Made by a program: the position numbers and the translations under genes. 64,000 nt of DNA from the NCBI GenBank assembly GCA_030141605.1, contig JAQGDQ010000268.1, forward strand, positions 143,305 to 207,304, given 5' to 3'. Under the pieces are notes generated by a model. It made no database searches and was not told where the DNA came from. It saw only the letters and a list, made by a program, of their open reading frames with translations. How positions within the stretch are numbered: the stretch's first letter is position 1; the number at the start of each line of letters is the position of its first letter. The DNA is from Tubiluchus corallicola (Eukaryota; Animalia; Priapulida). Below, piece by piece: positions 58,757 through 64,000 of the stretch.

Positions 58757-60585
58757 CTGTAGGTAATACAATGTATGGAGAGGGATAGTTATAAAATAGG
58801 TTGATTATTACTTATAATAAGGTATCTAGAGCCATCTACTGGCCGAAAATGATAATTATTACATTACTGTATAACACCACAAAGGTCAAGCATGCCTTTG
58901 GTAATATGGATAAACGTTATATATTGCAGAAAATTGATATTTGTATTATCTAATTGTTCACTTGTTTTATTTATTTTATATTATGACTCAGTTGCCACAG
59001 AAAATTTATGGAACAGTTTCGATGACTTAAACGAGTTCCACCGAAAAACTAAACAAGTCAAATTTTTGTATTGTACAATTTCGCATGTGAAATTACAGTT
59101 ACCATTTTTAATAAGGTGGTGTAAAAGATTACATTGCTGAAATAATCAAGTAAAATTTACAAAAGAAAAAACTTGAAAAATAGTATACAACTGAAAGAAA
59201 TTAATGGGTGTTTTGCCTTTTGTGTTTTCATCCTCTTCCTAAAGATAGGATTCTTTCTGCCAAATTTTGCCATATTGTGGATTCTCCCAAACAGGGTTTA
59301 TCCCTAAACTATCATGTGGTCCCTTTCTTGGCTCCAAAACATGTTTATTATTTGAAAACACTTTCAAATAATATTTTCGTTTTTTTTTTTATGTTTTGTT
59401 CTTTTCTTACAGAAATGCAGTCTTGGTTTACTCTAATTAAAATACATTTTGTAGAAACAGTTTAAAATATTTGCTAGAACTTAAAAAATTTTCATTAGAA
59501 ATTATTTATCACATTTTGTTTATTTGTTTATCTTTTATTTTACTTTATTTATTTTTTTTGTAATACATATTCAAATATAATTAAAATTGTGCACTCTATA
59601 GCAATTTATTTGGACTGTGCATTTTTGCCTACAAGATGATGTTACTGTTTCATGTATGTACTTACCAATATTTGCACTTGAACATTATTTGTTTTTTAGA
59701 TATTCAGTTTTTTGTAACAATTAATGCACCTTTTTGTTTATAATTATGTGTACAGCTTTAGAAAAATTAAACTTAAAATTGTTCTTTTTAAAACCATTGT
59801 TAGCATGTTTCTCTACCCGTCTGGCCAATTTTGATTTTTGCGCTTGAAGTGACTCTGTTGCTTTCAAGTCTTCATCACGTGCCAACTGCCAAGTACAATC
59901 ATTGAACCACAAAGTGAAAACTGAAAGCGAAATAAATGACTAACTATTAATTAATCTGAGTAAACTCTAATAAATTACTTATTAACACTAAATAATTAGT
60001 ACTTCTATTAATAATAACAATTATTATCATTTTTACCGTTAAGTTGTAATTACTTTTTAGTCTTCTGGTATTCGCCATGGCTTTGGTAATCATAATATGA
60101 ATCTTTGTGAATGTAAACTTTGCTAGAAATTGGCGGTGCGTTTTGCTACGTAGAAGTACAAAGAGTATGTCAGCGCTCTTGCTAAAATGTGTACAGGGGT
60201 TTTATGAAAGAACGTTAAAATTAATTTTTCGTCCTTACAAGTAAAGTTAGTTCGCGCTGGATTCTATCGTTTGCAGAAAGCGACCTGTCTGTTGGTTGTT
60301 TCTTTACGACTTGGTGGCTTTCGTGGCTACCAGTATAATCCAAGATTCAAATTTACCAAGTGTGGTAAGACTATACAGTATACTAGTAATAGCATGCGTT
60401 ATACAGTAACTTAGTAAGTGTAGTTTTTCATCTTTAACAACTTTTCACCTGTATTACTTGAACGAATTGTATCACACTGTTCGTAGCTTGAAGTAACGTA
60501 GGGTTAGACCTATAGAGCAGAGAACAATAACAGAATAATTTATAATTTGATTTATTGTTCCTTTCCAGATTTATAGATTGCTGCT

Positions 60586-63500
60586 ATGCCTGTTCCAGTG
60601 GGTCCGGGATCTTATGGTCAAGGTCCCACTTGCTTCGATAAAATGAAGATGGGGTTTATGCTTGGTTTCTGTGTTGGCTTAGCATCAGGTGGCATTTTTG
60701 GAGGATTCAATGCATTAAGGTAAATAGACTTTAATATATATAAACATGTGACACGTCACTATAATTACAAGATTTACTTCATATATTAGAAACAAAATCA
60801 TTGTGTATTTATGTTTATTTTGTTTCTAATGTTTTGAATAAATAGTAATATTTCTGTGTATGAATGTTATCACATACAATGCCTAAAATATTTTGTGGTG
60901 AGAATGGTGATAGACATCTAAATCTGTTCGGCTATAATTTTAGCTCAGGAGCACTGTCTGTATTAATGGAGACTATTAGCAAAGGAATGAAAGAGCTATA
61001 ATTGTTTTTTGCTATTGTGATATGTGCTTTTATGTATATACACTGTATTAATAAATAATTATAATCACAGTTGCATTTTTAGAATTATAAATTAAATTAT
61101 CAGGTTAATATATTTCAGAAAAATATATAATTTGTTCTACTTCTGATCTTTTGTTAGGTCACTATGACCACAAATTTGGTAAGGTCAACGTACTTTCAGT
61201 CAAAGGTCAAATTTACCAACATCATTAGAAATACCCGACTTGAATGGATATTGAGTCTTTCATATAATGTTTGATATGACAAATTCAACTGAATAATTTT
61301 TAAAAAATTAAGGGCATTACAGTCTAGCCTCGTTATCTCGCCACTGTCCGTCTAGGGCAAATTTTTGGCGAGAGGCGAGTATGGCGAGATAACGGGAATA
61401 TAACAAAGTTAGTCTATATGTATATACATAATAGTTGATTAGCATAGTGTTCCTCTATGTACATATAAAATATATTTCGCATTATGATACCAATCAACAT
61501 TAAATCAGAAATGAAAAAATGTCATAAAAATAATCTTAAAATGTTACTTTTTTATTTAAAAAACCTTTTTCGAGTATACACGTAAATGCAATAAACTTAG
61601 CAAAAGATTTAGAAATGTTCACAAATGAGTTACTGACGACTGAAATAATTCAGAAGAGACGACTGTTTCATTGATGATACACGCAAGCAGTCAACAAAAG
61701 TTTTCGCTTCAGAGACATCATGTAAAGTTGCTCACACTTTGTGGAAACTCAAACTTAAACGCAGCTTTGGTGTTATAGAGTAAGGATATCGGTGACGCTT
61801 TAGTTTCTCTGCGCATTAACCAACCACAGCACTCCTAATCTAATCCTGGTGAGACACACACTACATTAATTATGTCTGTCTATCGAGTATAGCAGCATTC
61901 TCTACATACCACATTTATATTGATCGACACGCGGTATATGTATTGATCGATTCACCTCTGAGTTTGTCTGTTTGGCGACATAACGAATATAGTTTACATA
62001 AGCACTCATCCTAGCATGACGTGGCGAGGGCGAGAAGCGAGGGTGGCGACTTAACGAGGTAAATATCAAAGCAGGAATCCGTCCTGGTACTTTCTATGGC
62101 GAGAGACCAGTTTGGCGGCATAACGAGGCTAGACTGTATTAACCCTGAAATTACTATTTTGAACAAAAAATTAACCATTGTAGGTTACGCTACATGAAAT
62201 AATGATGGTATTTTATAACTATATAATTTACAAAGTCAGAGAAAGTACAAAAGATGCTTCAAGGACTTGGGAAAGGCAGTGATAGCAGACGTGTAGGCTG
62301 ACATACAACAGTTCGTGATTAGGTACATATAAATTAACAAGATCAGTAAGATATTTGCTAAAGCTCTAGCAAAGAATTAGGAGACGTTGAAGAAATCTGT
62401 ATTAATAATACCACTTATATGATAGCAACTCTCACACTATGGTGGTGGCAAAAATCTACCAAGTTTTTATACTCTTGAACTTCGTGAATCCAGATGTCAC
62501 TCCATCACTCTTATAACAGATTAGTGTATAAGAGAAAGTGTGCACTTATATGCTACATACAGTCTGCTCTGCCTAAATTTCTTAGTACCATAACCATAAC
62601 AGAGGCTGGCAACATGTAAGAATTTGACACCCATTTGAAAACTAGTAACTATGATGACGTGTCTGACTCTAAGTGAATCCGACAACGAATAGAACTCATG
62701 AATTGTGAACACTCTATGATGTGTACGTTTTGCAGTTATATAGTACCCATTAACTATATAGCCTAACCAAAAATGGTGAATTCAAAATAGGCTTAAAGGA
62801 CTGCTCTTTTGATTTTTAAAATTATTAATTTTAATTCATATAATTCATTTGAACCAATGTATGGTAGATACAAATACCCATTCAGATCAGGTATTTCTAA
62901 TATCGATAAATTTAGCCTTTAACCGAAAGTGCATAATTGACCTTACGAAATTCATGATCATACTGGCCTGAAGAAGAACCAGGGTCCAGTTTGAAAAAGC
63001 TTTACCTACTCAGCTACGTTGTTATTAATAGTCAAGTGAATGTAACAATGATGATTGTTAACTTAGTGACAGCTTTGTGAAACCGGCCCCAGGGTAGATC
63101 AAACTAGTATGTATATTTTTTATTCGATGCGTCAAGACAATTTGGGTATTTTTGAAATTTTGCTCCATTGCCTTCCCCCCTACAAAAATCACGAATGTTG
63201 TGAAGAGAGTTGCCCTAGCTAGATTTGTTCAGCGCTCCTTGGGCAACAGAAAACAACTTTCAAACCTTTGTTCTAGTTAAAGTGTTTCACGGAACATTAA
63301 GATCATTCCTCTATGTGTTATCTGCCACACTGTCTGTGGCTGTTCGCTTCGCTGAGGAAGAATGTTTACGCATTACATCTAAATGTGTCTGAAATGCCTC
63401 AACTGAACCAGTGACTTATCTTGGAGTATCCTAACGAAATTGCGAGAGGTTTCATTCCTGCTACAGCTGTCAAGATCAAGCGAGCTGTGCCATAGTGCTA

Positions 63501-63735
63501 AATTCCAGTTTGCAGAAATAAGATCATTAAAATTTTGCAGTTAACTTGTAAAAAATTTTCGCTTTAAAGAATCAGAACAGTATTGGGCACTTAATGCAAA
63601 TACTGAACATAATTTTTATCATTCAGGTATGGCTTGAGAGGTAGAGAACTGTTAAACAGTGTTGGCAAGGTCATGTTACAAGGTGGTGGCACATTCGGAA
63701 CATTTATGGCAATTGGAACTGGCATTCGATGTTGA
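60586..63735 (+). CDS. ROMO1: Reactive oxygen species modulator 1 (Mgr2 homologue), 80 aa, 2 coding exons
   Basis: Exons 60586-60719 and 63627-63735: [80 protein letters not shown]. Missed by the ORF track. Probable 5'UTR intron from donor GTAAGA (about 60365) to acceptor at 60567-60568. Confidence 0.96.
61320..62136. mobile_element. Tigger/pogo-like MITE in the ROMO1 intron
   Basis: TA|CAGTCTAGCCTCGTTAT ... ATAACGAGGCTAGACTG|TA perfect 17-bp TIR; TGGCGAG subterminal repeats. Confidence 0.88.
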
Positions 63736-64000
63736 AATTGAAATCCAGAGAACTATTTATTTAATATGAGACGGATAGAAAACAGTGAGAAATCATGTGG
63801 ACAATGAACAAGCATGATGGATGTCTTTAGTAACAGATTTTTCAATATTCTTGTAACATATGTAACAAGACATTCAATAACAATATAGAATTTTATTACA
63901 TTCTTGACAACTAACCAGATTAGATTAGTGAATATACTTGTATATCCTAGTTTTTAACGAAAAATGCATGTAATATGCACGTAATATGCAGGTATTTGGG

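Overview
AT-rich animal (invertebrate-type) genomic DNA with spliceosomal introns; not prokaryotic, and no CRISPR, rRNA or credible tRNA gene was seen. Six protein-coding genes can be built by hand with consistent splice phases: intronless TMEM231 (+, 7800-8711); an unusually long 11-coding-exon GTSF1 (-, 10035-22123, about 332 aa); YTHDF (+, 27048-36702, with a GC-AG last intron); an SDR16C-family dehydrogenase (+, 41362-46125); NSMCE2/MMS21 (+, 54438-58054); and ROMO1 (+, 60586-63735). Introns and intergenic DNA are full of non-autonomous DNA transposons (TA-flanked CAGT-ended Tigger/pogo-like MITEs, hAT-like elements), decayed non-LTR retrotransposons and microsatellites. I found no clear wholly new system. 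The best leads are a candidate poison/re-initiation cassette exon in YTHDF, the RG-motif C-terminal extension of GTSF1, the intronless (possibly retroposed) TMEM231 next to an apparently ancient syntenic block, and the head-to-head GTSF1/YTHDF pair. All gene models are manual and need RNA-seq confirmation.
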